Positions 45,882 through 55,853 of a DNA stretch of 64,000 bases are shown in pieces. Within the stretch, counting starts at the first letter, position 1, and each line of letters begins with the position of its first letter. The stretch is from a virus. The position numbers were made by a program, and so were the translations under genes. Where the stretch lies: positions 60,854-124,853 of the IMG/VR virus record IMGVR_UViG_3300020437_000004; one strand, written 5' to 3'. Under the pieces are notes generated by a model. That model made no database searches, had not been told where the DNA came from, and saw only the letters and a program-made list of their open reading frames with translations.

Positions 45882-46046
45882 TTATCGTTTGTATATACAC
45901 ATTATAATAGAAAACCGCCTCTTGGGGCGGTGCTGCAGACACTTTATCAACTGTCCACGACGTTTCCTTGCTTGACGCAATGCTTGTGGCTTCAAGTGTC
46001 GTTTCTTTTCTTTCTTAGAATGGTGTTGCCAGTTAGGGGTTGTCAC
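45882..46046 (-). CDS. Small basic protein
   Basis: Hand-translated from GTG: MTTPNWQHHSKKEKKRHLKPQALRQARKRR... Confidence 0.55.
   Translation of the reverse strand: MTTPNWQHHSKKEKKRHLKPQALRQARKRRGQLIKCLQHRPKRRFSIIMCIYKR
45901..45955 (-). promoter_or_regulatory. -10 box (TATAAT) with upstream 7-4-7 palindrome
   Basis: GACACTT-TATC-AACTGTC at 45938-45955, 31 nt from the -10 box. Confidence 0.55.
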
Positions 46047-47757
46047 GGTCTGAATACCTTACGGATGAGAATTCGTTTTCTTTAACAAACTCAAGACTAG
46101 ATTCAAATGCGTCTAACAATGTGTCAATCATCTTGTGTGAAATCACATAGATGTTGGATTTGTCAGTCATTTTACGCAGGATCTTAAGTAGATCTCCTGT
46201 TGCATTAGTGTCTAGACTGGAATCAAATACTTCATCAAGTAGAAGAAGGTTAGTTGCTGCAGAATTTTTCATCCTAGCAATGTCTCTCCATGTAAACAGG
46301 AGTGCTAGGTCAATCTTTTGCTTTTCTCCCTCAGAGAATGAGGCATAGGAAAAAATATCTCTATGTCTACTCTTAATCACCTCGTTAAATTCTTCGTCAA
46401 GGGTAAAATTGACGTAGAAATCCATATCTTGTAGATATTTATTGATGTGAGTGTTGATAATAGGGATAAACTTCTTAATAATCTTACTCTTGATTCCATT
46501 ATCACGCAACAGAGTGCTGACCACTTTGTGATGTGACTGCTGAGTATTCACATCTGCACATTCTGCTACCTTTTTCTCTAATTCTTCCTTATAAATTGCT
46601 AATTGTTTCTTCTCACACTCCAAATCCTTGTTTGTAGTCTTCTTTCCCTTGACAGCATTCAGTCTAGCAGTGATAGTTTTCTTCTCTTTGTTATATCCTT
46701 TGACTTCTCCCTTCAATCTTTGGTATTCCTCTGCCATTTTGCTGTCTTCCTTGACCTTTTTGTCAAGTTTATCCAAGACACTCTCCATCTCTTTGAGTTT
46801 TGCCTGATAATCCTCATCTTTTTTGGTAAACTCTTCTACTCTGGACACCTTTGTGTCTTCATTAATAGACTGTGTGCAGGTAGGACAGGTATCATTCTTC
46901 ATAAAGAAGTCAAGATCAGACAAATTTCTGCTGACCTTAGTCTTTACTGACGTAATATACTCTCTCATCTTACCATACTGTGCCTGTGAGGACGCAGAGC
47001 TAGCAAGTTTGTCAGTCAGATCACGCAATTCTGTCTCTGCTTTCGCCAGATTTGCTTCTACAGTAAAGTTTTCTTCTTTCAGTTGTAGTAGTTGTGTTGT
47101 AAGATCATCCTGTTGATCCTTGACCATGCCTTCCATGCGTTTCACAGTGGCAGTTTGCATGTCAAAAGTCTTTTGATGTAGTGTGACTGTGTGCTCACAC
47201 TCTTTTACCTCATTATTAAGGTCTCTCAAGCGATCCTTGAGCAACAAATTCATGCGTGAGAATACTTTGATGTCAAGGAGGTCTTCGATAACTTCTCTTC
47301 TATTTGGAGCATTAAGTTGCATGAATGGAACGAAAGTGCTAGACCCAAGAATAGAAATCTGAGTGAAAGATTTGTAATTAAATTTGAGTATCTTTTGCTC
47401 AAGATACTTTTGGTAGTCATTGTTTGCTGCAGACTGGTCAATAAGTGTGCCGTTACGATATATCTCAAAGACATTAGGTTTAATTCCCCTTACTACTTTG
47501 TAACTTGACTGCCCTACTCTAAACTCACACTCAACTACAGTATCCCTTTCATTGATCGTGTTAACCAACTGCGATCTACTAATCTTTCTGAAGGGTTTAT
47601 TAAACAATACAAAGCACAAGGCATCAAGCATTGTTGATTTCCCTGCACCATTCTCTCCAAATACAACAGTGGATTTGTATCTCTCAAGATCTAAATATGT
47701 GAATCCATTTCCTGTCGATAGGAAATTTTTCCACTTCACTTTTTCAAAAATAATCAT
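46033..47757 (-). CDS. gp46: Recombination endonuclease subunit gp46 (Rad50-like)
   Basis: GENGAGKS, CPTC hook, FSEGEK, LLDEVFD. Confidence 0.97.
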   Translation of the reverse strand: MIIFEKVKWKNFLSTGNGFTYLDLERYKSTVVFGENGAGKSTMLDALCFVLFNKPFRKISRSQLVNTINERDTVVECEFRVGQSSYKVVRGIKPNVFEIYRNGTLIDQSAANNDYQKYLEQKILKFNYKSFTQISILGSSTFVPFMQLNAPNRREVIEDLLDIKVFSRMNLLLKDRLRDLNNEVKECEHTVTLHQKTFDMQTATVKRMEGMVKDQQDDLTTQLLQLKEENFTVEANLAKAETELRDLTDKLASSASSQAQYGKMREYITSVKTKVSRNLSDLDFFMKNDTCPTCTQSINEDTKVSRVEEFTKKDEDYQAKLKEMESVLDKLDKKVKEDSKMAEEYQRLKGEVKGYNKEKKTITARLNAVKGKKTTNKDLECEKKQLAIYKEELEKKVAECADVNTQQSHHKVVSTLLRDNGIKSKIIKKFIPIINTHINKYLQDMDFYVNFTLDEEFNEVIKSRHRDIFSYASFSEGEKQKIDLALLFTWRDIARMKNSAATNLLLLDEVFDSSLDTNATGDLLKILRKMTDKSNIYVISHKMIDTLLDAFESSLEFVKENEFSSVRYSDRDNP

Positions 47758-48023
47758 TCTACAACAGAAGGAGGAGGCACAACAAAATCATTCTCGGTAA
47801 TAATACTATACCGATATCCATGATGTCTACAATTAGAGATGACATCCTTACGCTCTACTTGTGCTATTTCAAGGTCTTTAGGAAAATCAACAGACAAAAG
47901 CATTTCATGATACCTTTCAGCATCATCCTCTAGAGCAAATATTTGGACGATACGCTCATGGGTTTTGTCATCCTTTACAGCGTATACACCACCAGTTGTT
48001 TTTTCTACGAGGACATACATCAT
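47754..48023 (-). CDS. Conserved hypothetical protein (DUF3110-like)
   Basis: F..EDDAERY pattern; position between g47 and g46. Confidence 0.7.
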   Translation of the reverse strand: MMYVLVEKTTGGVYAVKDDKTHERIVQIFALEDDAERYHEMLLSVDFPKDLEIAQVERKDVISNCRHHGYRYSIITENDFVVPPPSVVE

Positions 48024-49045
48024 ACTTCTACCGATTCTACATACAGATTCTTTAAGATAGCAAAGATTTCTTCCTTATGTGGAAGCTCTTGGACACACGT
48101 CTCTAGGATAGTTAGCGTGTCTTCTACTTCTACATCAGTCACATCCTCAAGGATGTAAGTATTGTCTTCAATAATTTTCAAGTCTGCTACACCTGCACAT
48201 TGGATGTAGCGAATGGTCTGATCAAATTTTGCTTGATCGGTCTTGTCGTCAACAATCAGTTTAACATAGGTATTAGTAAAGTCAAGACCTTTGATATCAT
48301 CTACAGTTGTTTCAGAATAATAGATCTTATGAAAAACATCATATGGATTGTGCGTAAATGTCAGTTTAAGATCATCTGTATTTAGGATGTGAAATCCTTT
48401 TTTCTGACCGTAATCATTCCAGTAGAGTTGATTCGGATTACCGAGGTATTGAATATTCTTTTTCTTACTCTTCAGATGATAGTGTCCTGATAAGACCATA
48501 TCGAATTTATCGTAGGCTGATGGGTCATCCCCATGAGACATAGTAATTCCAGGTATAGCTTCAAAACCGCTAAGCTCGAGATGCCCCACACAGATATCCG
48601 CAGCACTAGTCTCGATTGCTGCTCTTGTGGTATCTCTGCTCTCATCACATACCCAAGGAATACAGCACACAGTCCTGCCACCAATATTATAGTCTCCAGG
48701 TACGTCAATAATATTAATGTTGCCATAGTCCTTAAGCAATAACTCTGGTGCATTTACCTTAAGAGTATTCTTAAAGTAGATATCGTGATTACCAATCAAC
48801 ATATTCATAGTGACACCACGATCACGGAGTGGGTCAAACCACATCTCCTTCGCACTATCTAAACTATTGAAGTTGATAGTCTTCCTCTTGTCAAATGTAT
48901 CACCTAGGCATAGCACTTCAGTGATACCCAATTTATCAATGGTGGGTATAACAATTTGAGAATAGAATTGTCTGTATCTTTCTAGGAAAATAAGACTGTC
49001 ATTACGAACTCCAAAGTGTTGATCTGTTATGACCAATACATTCAT
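48020..49045 (-). CDS. gp47: Recombination endonuclease subunit gp47 (Mre11-like)
   Basis: TDQHFG, LGDTFD, GNHD, GHLE, SGHYH. Confidence 0.97.
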   Translation of the reverse strand: MNVLVITDQHFGVRNDSLIFLERYRQFYSQIVIPTIDKLGITEVLCLGDTFDKRKTINFNSLDSAKEMWFDPLRDRGVTMNMLIGNHDIYFKNTLKVNAPELLLKDYGNINIIDVPGDYNIGGRTVCCIPWVCDESRDTTRAAIETSAADICVGHLELSGFEAIPGITMSHGDDPSAYDKFDMVLSGHYHLKSKKKNIQYLGNPNQLYWNDYGQKKGFHILNTDDLKLTFTHNPYDVFHKIYYSETTVDDIKGLDFTNTYVKLIVDDKTDQAKFDQTIRYIQCAGVADLKIIEDNTYILEDVTDVEVEDTLTILETCVQELPHKEEIFAILKNLYVESVEV

Positions 49046-49048
49046 GAA

Positions 49049-49519
49049 TTATCCTCTCATAGTTGTTTCAATTCTGCTCTTGATAGAATTCATCTGAGCA
49101 TGATCATCCTTATTGTCTGTTGAGAATACCTCGTCGTATCCACTCTTCTCAATCAGTTTGTCTTTAATATCCATCTGTCGCTTCTCTTTCGCAATACGAC
49201 GTAGAAATGCATAATACACTATTTGTGTGAAGTATGCAAATGGGTTTGTAGATTTAGCAGGATCGAAGTTATCAATATACTGTACACAATTCTCTATCCC
49301 ATCGCAGATCATGTCATCCTTATACATGTAATTAATAAAGTTAGGACGATAAGAGAGGTGTGTTGCAATCTTTAGAAAACACTCTCCGATATAGTTTGGG
49401 ATTCTTGGTTTGGGTAGATCAAATTCTGCAGCATGCTTGACGTCCTTGCGGTATACCACGAGCTCGTCGAGAAACTTTTTATTGTCTACATAGTGTTGTT
49501 TTTTCGCTTTCCGTGGCAT
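49049..49519 (-). CDS. gp55: Late sigma factor gp55
   Basis: HYVDNK, IATHLSYRPNF, NPFAYFTQI. Confidence 0.96.
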   Translation of the reverse strand: MPRKAKKQHYVDNKKFLDELVVYRKDVKHAAEFDLPKPRIPNYIGECFLKIATHLSYRPNFINYMYKDDMICDGIENCVQYIDNFDPAKSTNPFAYFTQIVYYAFLRRIAKEKRQMDIKDKLIEKSGYDEVFSTDNKDDHAQMNSIKSRIETTMRG

Positions 49520-49534
49520 TTATTGCTTCCGAAT

Positions 49535-49569
49535 AACTTAAGTATACAACAGTTATATCTTTACGTCAA
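49535..49569 (-). promoter_or_regulatory. Sigma70-like promoter for g55
   Basis: TTGACG-N17-TATACT. Confidence 0.6.
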
Positions 49570-49991
49570 CCAGTGTTACGCCACTGCTTCTCTAATTTTT
49601 TACGGAAATCATCAACTCTACCAATGAGTCCCATGGATTCATTCACTGGTGCCTTGTAACCTTCTTCAGGACCTCCATATTCTCTCCGCAACCACATGCG
49701 ATACATTGCAATAGATTCATCACTCATAGGAGCAACACAGATTACATCAGGCTCTCTGATGAGATAGAAATCTTCTTCACTAAACATCATCCATTTGGTG
49801 AATCCAATAGCAAGACCTTGATTGCCCTTGTTATCATTCACTGGTGTGGGGTGTGGTTTAGCAGGATTAGATACAAAGATCAATGTATCTCCATGATCAT
49901 CCGTTGCGATCATAGGACCGAGCAACTCTTCCCCAGAGGTCAACTTAACGACTCCGTAGAATTCTTGATCGTGTTGGATGTAGTTAATCAT
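49566..49991 (-). CDS. Conserved hypothetical protein
   Basis: VVKLTSGEEL, Sm-like pattern. Confidence 0.72.
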   Translation of the reverse strand: MINYIQHDQEFYGVVKLTSGEELLGPMIATDDHGDTLIFVSNPAKPHPTPVNDNKGNQGLAIGFTKWMMFSEEDFYLIREPDVICVAPMSDESIAMYRMWLRREYGGPEEGYKAPVNESMGLIGRVDDFRKKLEKQWRNTG

Positions 49992-51444
49992 TTTTGAATC
50001 TTACTTTGGTAACTTCATAATCAAACTCCTCAGACTCGTATATCTTCATCCTTTCTATAAGATGTCTGAAAGTGTAGTTGTGATATGACCCCTTAGTGCA
50101 ATCGTCAGCAATGTCGTATAAGGTTGCTTGTGATTTGTTTTCTCCCTTCCTCAAAACCCTACCAATAGATTGGAGGTTTCGGACTCTAGACTTAGAAGGA
50201 CTGGCAAAAATCACGTTGTGCAAATTGCGAATATTGATACCAGTAGAGAAGGTGCCATAACTTGCTACAATTATAGCATCTTTTTCTAATTCGGTAATCC
50301 GTCTCGCTTCTTCACGCTCTTCTGTGTCAATACCGCCATGTATAAAGAATACACGACGTTTAGTATTGTAACTATTTATCAATTCGTAAAGAGGCTCACC
50401 ATGTTTCTCGACGTAATTAAAGAGGATTAAGGTGTTGCCAACCGTATCTAATGCTAGTTTACTGATAAATTTGTTACGTCTCTCATGCATACACAGGTAT
50501 TCTATCTCCTGTTGATAGTAATCAAACGGCACCCATCCATGTTTAAGTAATATTACATTTACTTTAAGTGGTGTTAGGTGACCTTTCTTCTGTAGATCCT
50601 TAGTCTTTGTGACTTGATTGACACTACCAAAGAGACCTTCTAATACTAGTTGGTGGGTTTGCAACCCATCAAGTGTCCCTGTTAGACCGACACGATACTT
50701 AGTATCAAGCATCTTGGTGAGGATACCCGACAATGATTTTGCTTTATACAGGTGTGCTTCGTCTCCAATGACGGCATCAAACCTTGCAAAAAATGACTTA
50801 GGCTCCTTGTATATACTCTGCCAAGTAGATATTACTACTGGGTTATCAACATATTTCTCTTTCCCTGCTCTAATCTTATGACAGTAGGCACTTGCCTTCC
50901 ATCCATAAGTCTCAAAATCTTTATACATCTGCTCTACCAATGATGTGGTAGGCACGATAATCAATACCTCTAGTCCTTTCTGCAGATACCAACGGACAAG
51001 AGCATAGATGATCAGGGATTTTCCTGATCCTGTGGGGGATAATAGAAGCTTCCTACGCGACTTAAGTGCTTGATATATGCCTCGTAGTTGGTAGTCCCTT
51101 GCTGCGAAAGGGAGACCCAGAGACCTAACAAAAGACGCTGTGCTTTCAGGTGTGACATAATCTTCTTCCTCCTCGGGGATACCGTAATTGTCATCTAGTT
51201 TGACAGTATACTTATATCCCTTGTTAATAAAAAATTGTTGTAAGTAATCGTATAGTCCAACGTATATTTCACCTGTGCCTGGCGAGTATAGACGGATCTT
51301 GCCATCCCATACACGCTTCTTATAGTGTGGCATAAACTTTGCGTTGGGCACATCAAAACAGAAATACTCTGATAACTCTTTATGGATATGCTGCTCAGTC
51401 TCTACCTTTAAATATACCTCATTCTTCTTGCTAACGTATGTCAT
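49984..51444 (-). CDS. uvsW: DNA helicase UvsW
   Basis: PTGSGKS, GDEAH, GLTGT, QSIGRVLR; start MTYVSKK. Confidence 0.97.
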   Translation of the reverse strand: MTYVSKKNEVYLKVETEQHIHKELSEYFCFDVPNAKFMPHYKKRVWDGKIRLYSPGTGEIYVGLYDYLQQFFINKGYKYTVKLDDNYGIPEEEEDYVTPESTASFVRSLGLPFAARDYQLRGIYQALKSRRKLLLSPTGSGKSLIIYALVRWYLQKGLEVLIIVPTTSLVEQMYKDFETYGWKASAYCHKIRAGKEKYVDNPVVISTWQSIYKEPKSFFARFDAVIGDEAHLYKAKSLSGILTKMLDTKYRVGLTGTLDGLQTHQLVLEGLFGSVNQVTKTKDLQKKGHLTPLKVNVILLKHGWVPFDYYQQEIEYLCMHERRNKFISKLALDTVGNTLILFNYVEKHGEPLYELINSYNTKRRVFFIHGGIDTEEREEARRITELEKDAIIVASYGTFSTGINIRNLHNVIFASPSKSRVRNLQSIGRVLRKGENKSQATLYDIADDCTKGSYHNYTFRHLIERMKIYESEEFDYEVTKVRFKND

Positions 51445-51859
51445 AGTATTTGATGATGTCAAACGCATTCTTAATAGAGAAACCTCTAGAGTCAATCTGC
51501 TTAAGAATCCTTTCACAACAATTTATACACGTTTCTAAGTAGTGTATCTTTGCTGTTGCTCTACACAATTCATCATCACCGTCCATGTATACAGACAGAT
51601 CTCCTTTCATAACTTTGTAAGGAAATGCTCTGCCATCCTCGTCGGTTTTTTTACCAGAATAATATTGCCACTTCTCTAATCGCATTACTTTAATATCTCT
51701 TTCTGCCTCAGATAGCATGAGACGAAATTGATTCAACCACTTGAGATACTTGGAGTGTAACTTTGCAGTCTCTAATGAGTCATTTGCAAGCAACTCAGGC
51801 AACTCCCTATGGAGTTGTGAGTCCTTCTCCCACATCTCTTCAATTTTGTTAAGATTCAC
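51431..51859 (-). CDS. uvsY: Recombination mediator UvsY
   Basis: KLHSKYL, EKWQYYSGK, RGFSIKNA; position before uvsW. Confidence 0.9.
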   Translation of the reverse strand: MNLNKIEEMWEKDSQLHRELPELLANDSLETAKLHSKYLKWLNQFRLMLSEAERDIKVMRLEKWQYYSGKKTDEDGRAFPYKVMKGDLSVYMDGDDELCRATAKIHYLETCINCCERILKQIDSRGFSIKNAFDIIKYYDIR

Positions 51860-52431
51860 TATTCGTAACTAGCAGAGCGTACGTTAGTTTCACCACTCTG
51901 AATCTCATACAAGATATATTTAAAGGTGGCGGTCGCTGTTGCGTACTGTGTGCCATCTATTGTAGCATTAAAATCAAGTCCTTGCAAGGCAACAGGGAAT
52001 AGACCCTTGAATACTACGTTGAAATTTGTATTAAAGTTTGAATTCAATACAGTAATAGATGCATCTGCTGAGAGTAGATCCCAATCCTTTGCATCATACT
52101 GAAATCTTGCCTTCATGAATTCAATAAACTCTGTCCTCTCTTTTGCCTTCTCGGGGACACCAAGTGCACGCAACCAGTTATGTAGGAGAAGATAATTCTC
52201 CATGTCCTCATCTACAATGAAAGACATTTCAAAGTCTTCATACTGGAAGGTGCCTTCTAAGGGCAACTGACGTCCATACCTTGTGGACTGCATTGGTTGT
52301 GTAAGACTGATAGCAGGAATAGCAGCAGACTGAGAAAAGTACACTACCTTAGGAAACTTCGGCATCACCATCTTAAATCCTAAGGGTGATAAGAAATTTC
52401 TATTCTCTATCTGTTTATTCCAAGTCGTCAT
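51859..52431 (-). CDS. gp3: Tail tube terminator/tail completion gp3
   Basis: NFLSPLGFK, FIVDEDMENY..HNWL, LFPVAL..F; TATAAATA at 52493-52500. Confidence 0.88.
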   Translation of the reverse strand: MTTWNKQIENRNFLSPLGFKMVMPKFPKVVYFSQSAAIPAISLTQPMQSTRYGRQLPLEGTFQYEDFEMSFIVDEDMENYLLLHNWLRALGVPEKAKERTEFIEFMKARFQYDAKDWDLLSADASITVLNSNFNTNFNVVFKGLFPVALQGLDFNATIDGTQYATATATFKYILYEIQSGETNVRSASYE

Positions 52432-52601
52432 TACATCGGTGCATATGCAGGGATCATGATACCGCCTTCGGGATCATCATCGTCGTCATCATTATTTATA
52501 TCTGTAAGGTCAAAGACTACCTTTAACACAAAGTGTGCAAATAATCCTATTGTTAGACCTCGAATTAAATTAATCAGCGTAATGCTGCTATCGTAATCCA
52601 T
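52431..52601 (-). CDS. 56-aa TM peptide with poly-Asp tail
   Basis: Hand-translated MDYDSSITLINLIRGLTIGLFAHFVLKVVFDLTDINNDDDDDDPEGGIMIPAYAPM. Confidence 0.6.
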   Translation of the reverse strand: MDYDSSITLINLIRGLTIGLFAHFVLKVVFDLTDINNDDDDDDPEGGIMIPAYAPM

Positions 52602-52941
52602 ATCTTTGTATTGGTGCTAAGTCGTGTTTGACTGCTTCCACAACTTTGTCCAAGATATCAATATCAATCCCCATGAATGGTGGAATGATACCAAGCAATC
52701 TTAGAGTGCCGTCTAGGAATAGTGCTAGGCATGTGAAACCTAGAATCATACTGATTACAGTAGCGTCACGATTATGCTTTTTCATTGACTCTTCGTCAAT
52801 TCTGCGTGCCTCTTCCACGGCAGCAGCAATCATGGCATCTACTTCACCTTTTGTGTAAGCATACTTACGGATTTTGTCTTCGGTCATAGTCCACTCAACA
52901 ATTTCAGTAGTAGGGAATGCTTCAATCAGTTTTTTGATCAT
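52588..52941 (-). CDS. Conserved cyanophage membrane protein
   Basis: IDEESMKKHNRDATVISMILGF...LLGIIPPF. Confidence 0.75.
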   Translation of the reverse strand: MIKKLIEAFPTTEIVEWTMTEDKIRKYAYTKGEVDAMIAAAVEEARRIDEESMKKHNRDATVISMILGFTCLALFLDGTLRLLGIIPPFMGIDIDILDKVVEAVKHDLAPIQRYGLR

Positions 52942-53077
52942 GAATGTCCTCTGGATGATTCCAAAAATCTTTCCAGTCTTTCGGAGAGTCAGTGACGTCC
53001 TCAATTCTGGTGATTTTGTTTTTCATGGTTTCGATGTCATCAAGAAGATCATCGATGTTGTCTAAATCTTTTCGCAT
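52922..53077 (-). CDS. Small acidic hypothetical protein (51 aa)
   Basis: Hand-translated MRKDLDNIDDLLDDIETMKNK... Confidence 0.5.
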   Translation of the reverse strand: MRKDLDNIDDLLDDIETMKNKITRIEDVTDSPKDWKDFWNHPEDIHDQKTD

Positions 53078-53078
53078 G

Positions 53079-53246
53079 TTATGCAATGTATTCTTGGAGC
53101 ATGTCTAGGACATCATTGAATGCCTTATGTGCTGCATCCTTCTGCTCTTCAGTATACTCCCCATGATACGATCCGTCAAATAAGCCTTTCTTATACTTGT
53201 AGACACGAGATAGCATGTCTACTTTCGTGATAACTCCTCTGCTCAT
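53079..53246 (-). CDS. Small conserved hypothetical protein (55 aa)
   Basis: Hand-translated MSRGVITKVDMLSRVYKYKKGLFDG...AHKAFNDVLDMLQEYIA. Confidence 0.65.
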   Translation of the reverse strand: MSRGVITKVDMLSRVYKYKKGLFDGSYHGEYTEEQKDAAHKAFNDVLDMLQEYIA

Positions 53247-53247
53247 G

Positions 53248-53334
53248 TTACGATCCCAACCTCAATAGATAAATGAAAAATAATCCAATGATCAATGTTA
53301 GCATAATTCCGTAAACAAAATCGTATACGACCAT
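53248..53334 (-). CDS. 28-aa TM peptide
   Basis: MVVYDFVYGIMLTLIIGLFFIYLLRLGS; CTAAATA upstream. Confidence 0.45.
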   Translation of the reverse strand: MVVYDFVYGIMLTLIIGLFFIYLLRLGS

Positions 53335-53370
53335 GGTGCTAATGCGTTTCGAGTATTTAGGACCATCCTA

Positions 53371-53398
53371 ATAAAAAAGGGTGGCATTCGCCACCCCC
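53371..53398 (-). terminator. Terminator after g23
   Basis: GGGTGGC-GAAT-GCCACCC followed by a T tract. Confidence 0.8.
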
Positions 53399-53423
53399 TG
53401 TCTTTGTATCGTGACAATACGAT

Positions 53424-54770
53424 TTACATGAGATTGTCAACAAGCACACGTCTGTAGTAACGGTTCTTGTTAGGATCAAGATCGCCATTACCTTGAGTGG
53501 TGCCTTCAGCGAATGGGTTAGCAACCATGCCGTAACGAGTCTTAAACCCGATTTTTGGCTGGAAGGTGTCCTGACCCACAGCTCTGACCATTTGTAGAGG
53601 CACATATGGACAGTAGAAGAGTCCTGCATCGTATGCAGAGGATCCTTTGTAACCTGCAACATAGAAGTGTCTGTCACTTACGTTTGCAGAGTAAGGATCA
53701 ACATAGACCTTGATTCTACCATTCAAAGTACCAGCAAGAGTGCTGCTGTTATCGTCTGGAAGAAGGTTGCTGTTGCCAGAAAGAGCAGGAGTGTAATCAA
53801 GCACACCAGCCATTGAGAGAGCACTAGCCACGTCTGCAGAGCAGATGAGGATGTTACCCTTTCCACGACGAGTTTCATGCCCGATAGCATTCATATCTCT
53901 TTCGATCTGGAAAAGAAGACCTTTGAATTTCTCAACAGACCAACGACCATTAGAGTCAACGTCTAGGTCGAAGATACCTGCAGTTGCAGTGTTGTTTTGT
54001 GCACCAGGTCTTGCGACTCTGTATACAGATCTAACAACTTCACGGTTGATTTCAGCCAAAACTTCAGTTGACAGAATGTTTGCCAACTCAGACTCAGCAT
54101 CAAGTCCGTGGACTGCCTTAAGGTCTTGAGCCAATTCAAGAGAATACTCTGCTTTGAGTGCTCTGGACTTCGCAGTCACAGTAACTTTCTCAATGCTGAA
54201 GTTCATCTCAGCGAATTGGTTGCCAGCTGCGTCACCAAGTGCTTCAGCCTCAGCAGTAGGCATACCATCAGAAACGGTATAAGTGCCACTGTCATTGAGA
54301 AGACCTGGGTTGCTTCCTGACTGAGCAGTTCTTCCAAGGTCAGACGCTGCGTTTTCTGCTGAAAACTCGGAGTCTGCTTCGTTGAAGAATGCTTCTGAAC
54401 CTGCGGTTCTGTTAGTGCCGTAGCGAGATCTCATCGCGAAGATAAGTCCAGTAGGACCAGTCATAGGTTGTACACCTGCGATGTCGTAAGCGATCAGCTT
54501 AGGCATGGATCTCCTGATTAGGGAGATGAGTACTGGGTCGAAACCTGCGACAGGACCTGTAGCTGTGCTGCTACCACTGAAACCTGCAGTACCTGCAGAC
54601 ATGGTAGGAGCGGCTTCAGTCAATACGCCAGCTTCTTCCTTGATAAATCTTTCTTGGTTCTCGAGAAGAACTGCGGTTACCGCTTTTCTATAGTTATCAC
54701 CGATCTCAGGGAGATCGCCGTGTGTAAGAATGGGTGACCACTTCTCCTGCAAGTGCTCAGAATTAAACAT
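53424..54770 (-). CDS. gp23: Major capsid protein gp23
   Basis: FDPVLISLIRR, GVQPMTGPTG, KSRALKAEY, FQPKIGFKTRY. Confidence 0.99.
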   Translation of the reverse strand: MFNSEHLQEKWSPILTHGDLPEIGDNYRKAVTAVLLENQERFIKEEAGVLTEAAPTMSAGTAGFSGSSTATGPVAGFDPVLISLIRRSMPKLIAYDIAGVQPMTGPTGLIFAMRSRYGTNRTAGSEAFFNEADSEFSAENAASDLGRTAQSGSNPGLLNDSGTYTVSDGMPTAEAEALGDAAGNQFAEMNFSIEKVTVTAKSRALKAEYSLELAQDLKAVHGLDAESELANILSTEVLAEINREVVRSVYRVARPGAQNNTATAGIFDLDVDSNGRWSVEKFKGLLFQIERDMNAIGHETRRGKGNILICSADVASALSMAGVLDYTPALSGNSNLLPDDNSSTLAGTLNGRIKVYVDPYSANVSDRHFYVAGYKGSSAYDAGLFYCPYVPLQMVRAVGQDTFQPKIGFKTRYGMVANPFAEGTTQGNGDLDPNKNRYYRRVLVDNLM

Positions 54771-54803
54771 TTTCTGTTTTACCTCTAGGAATTGTGGGGT
54801 TAA

Positions 54804-55853
54804 TTACTTTGACCAACGGGATAGAGCCTTAACATAGGCATCCATTCCTTCATTGATTGGCTCAGGATTCGCTACTTCGTTGTCCTCGGAAGGTGCAGAT
54901 GCAGCTTCAGCAGACTTAGTAGAGAAATAAGACTCTCTTAGGGTATGGATCTTTTCCTTGTATGACTCAACATCATCAAACTCAACAGCCTCTGCGAGAG
55001 CAGACAGTTTTTCGCGTTGCGAAAGGGTCAGACCCTCGGACGCTTCATTCACAATCCCATTCTTAATATAGCCGCCAATCTCTTTGGTCAGAGAAACATT
55101 CTCTTCGATTGACTGGTTGAGTTTATCTTCCATTTGATCGAGTTGTGAGGTCATCTCATCAACAAGATCAAGTTTTTCCTCGGGAATCTCAATGTGATTC
55201 TCGACGAAAACTTTTTTGATTCCGTCTAGGACGTTTTCTGCCATCTCATTCTTGATACCATGCTCAATAGCAAGGGAATTGGTATCCATCCAGTTTTTAA
55301 CTGAGTATGAGAGGTAGTCGTCAACCTTTTCTGCAAGGTCTTTTTTGACAGATTCAATTTCTTCTTCAAGGACTTTAGCGTATTCCTCGTGCATGCGATC
55401 CAACTCTTCGTTGAGTCTAGAAACAACCGCAGCTTCAAAGATAGTCTTTGCTTTCTCTTTGAATTCTTCACTTAGGTTTTCGCCTTCAGTCAAAGCTTGC
55501 ACGTCAGCACTGAGGTCAACCTCAATGACGTTTTGCTCTGCGTCCTCTTCAGCAATTACTTCGCCTTCAGGTTCATGTCCCGCCTTGACATCACCTTTAG
55601 TGCTAAACTCTGCCTTCTGTCCACTAGCATCAGATGGTTTAGTGCTAGGAGGAGTAGCAGTAGGTCCGCCACCAGTCTTGTACTTATTAGACTCGTCGTC
55701 AGGTTTTGAATTCTGAGGAGTAGGTCCACCAAGATCCTGATAACCAGGTTGACCAGGTGTGCCAGATTCAGCTTTCGGCATTGGATCCGCAGGTTTGGCG
55801 TTTTTAGTTACTGCGTTTTCATCCAGTGTTTTTTCTTCAATTTTAGACATCAT
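54804..55853 (-). CDS. gp22: Prohead core scaffold gp22
   Basis: FKEKAKTIFEAAV, VDDYLSY, LRESYF; position before g23. Confidence 0.93.
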   Translation of the reverse strand: MMSKIEEKTLDENAVTKNAKPADPMPKAESGTPGQPGYQDLGGPTPQNSKPDDESNKYKTGGGPTATPPSTKPSDASGQKAEFSTKGDVKAGHEPEGEVIAEEDAEQNVIEVDLSADVQALTEGENLSEEFKEKAKTIFEAAVVSRLNEELDRMHEEYAKVLEEEIESVKKDLAEKVDDYLSYSVKNWMDTNSLAIEHGIKNEMAENVLDGIKKVFVENHIEIPEEKLDLVDEMTSQLDQMEDKLNQSIEENVSLTKEIGGYIKNGIVNEASEGLTLSQREKLSALAEAVEFDDVESYKEKIHTLRESYFSTKSAEAASAPSEDNEVANPEPINEGMDAYVKALSRWSK

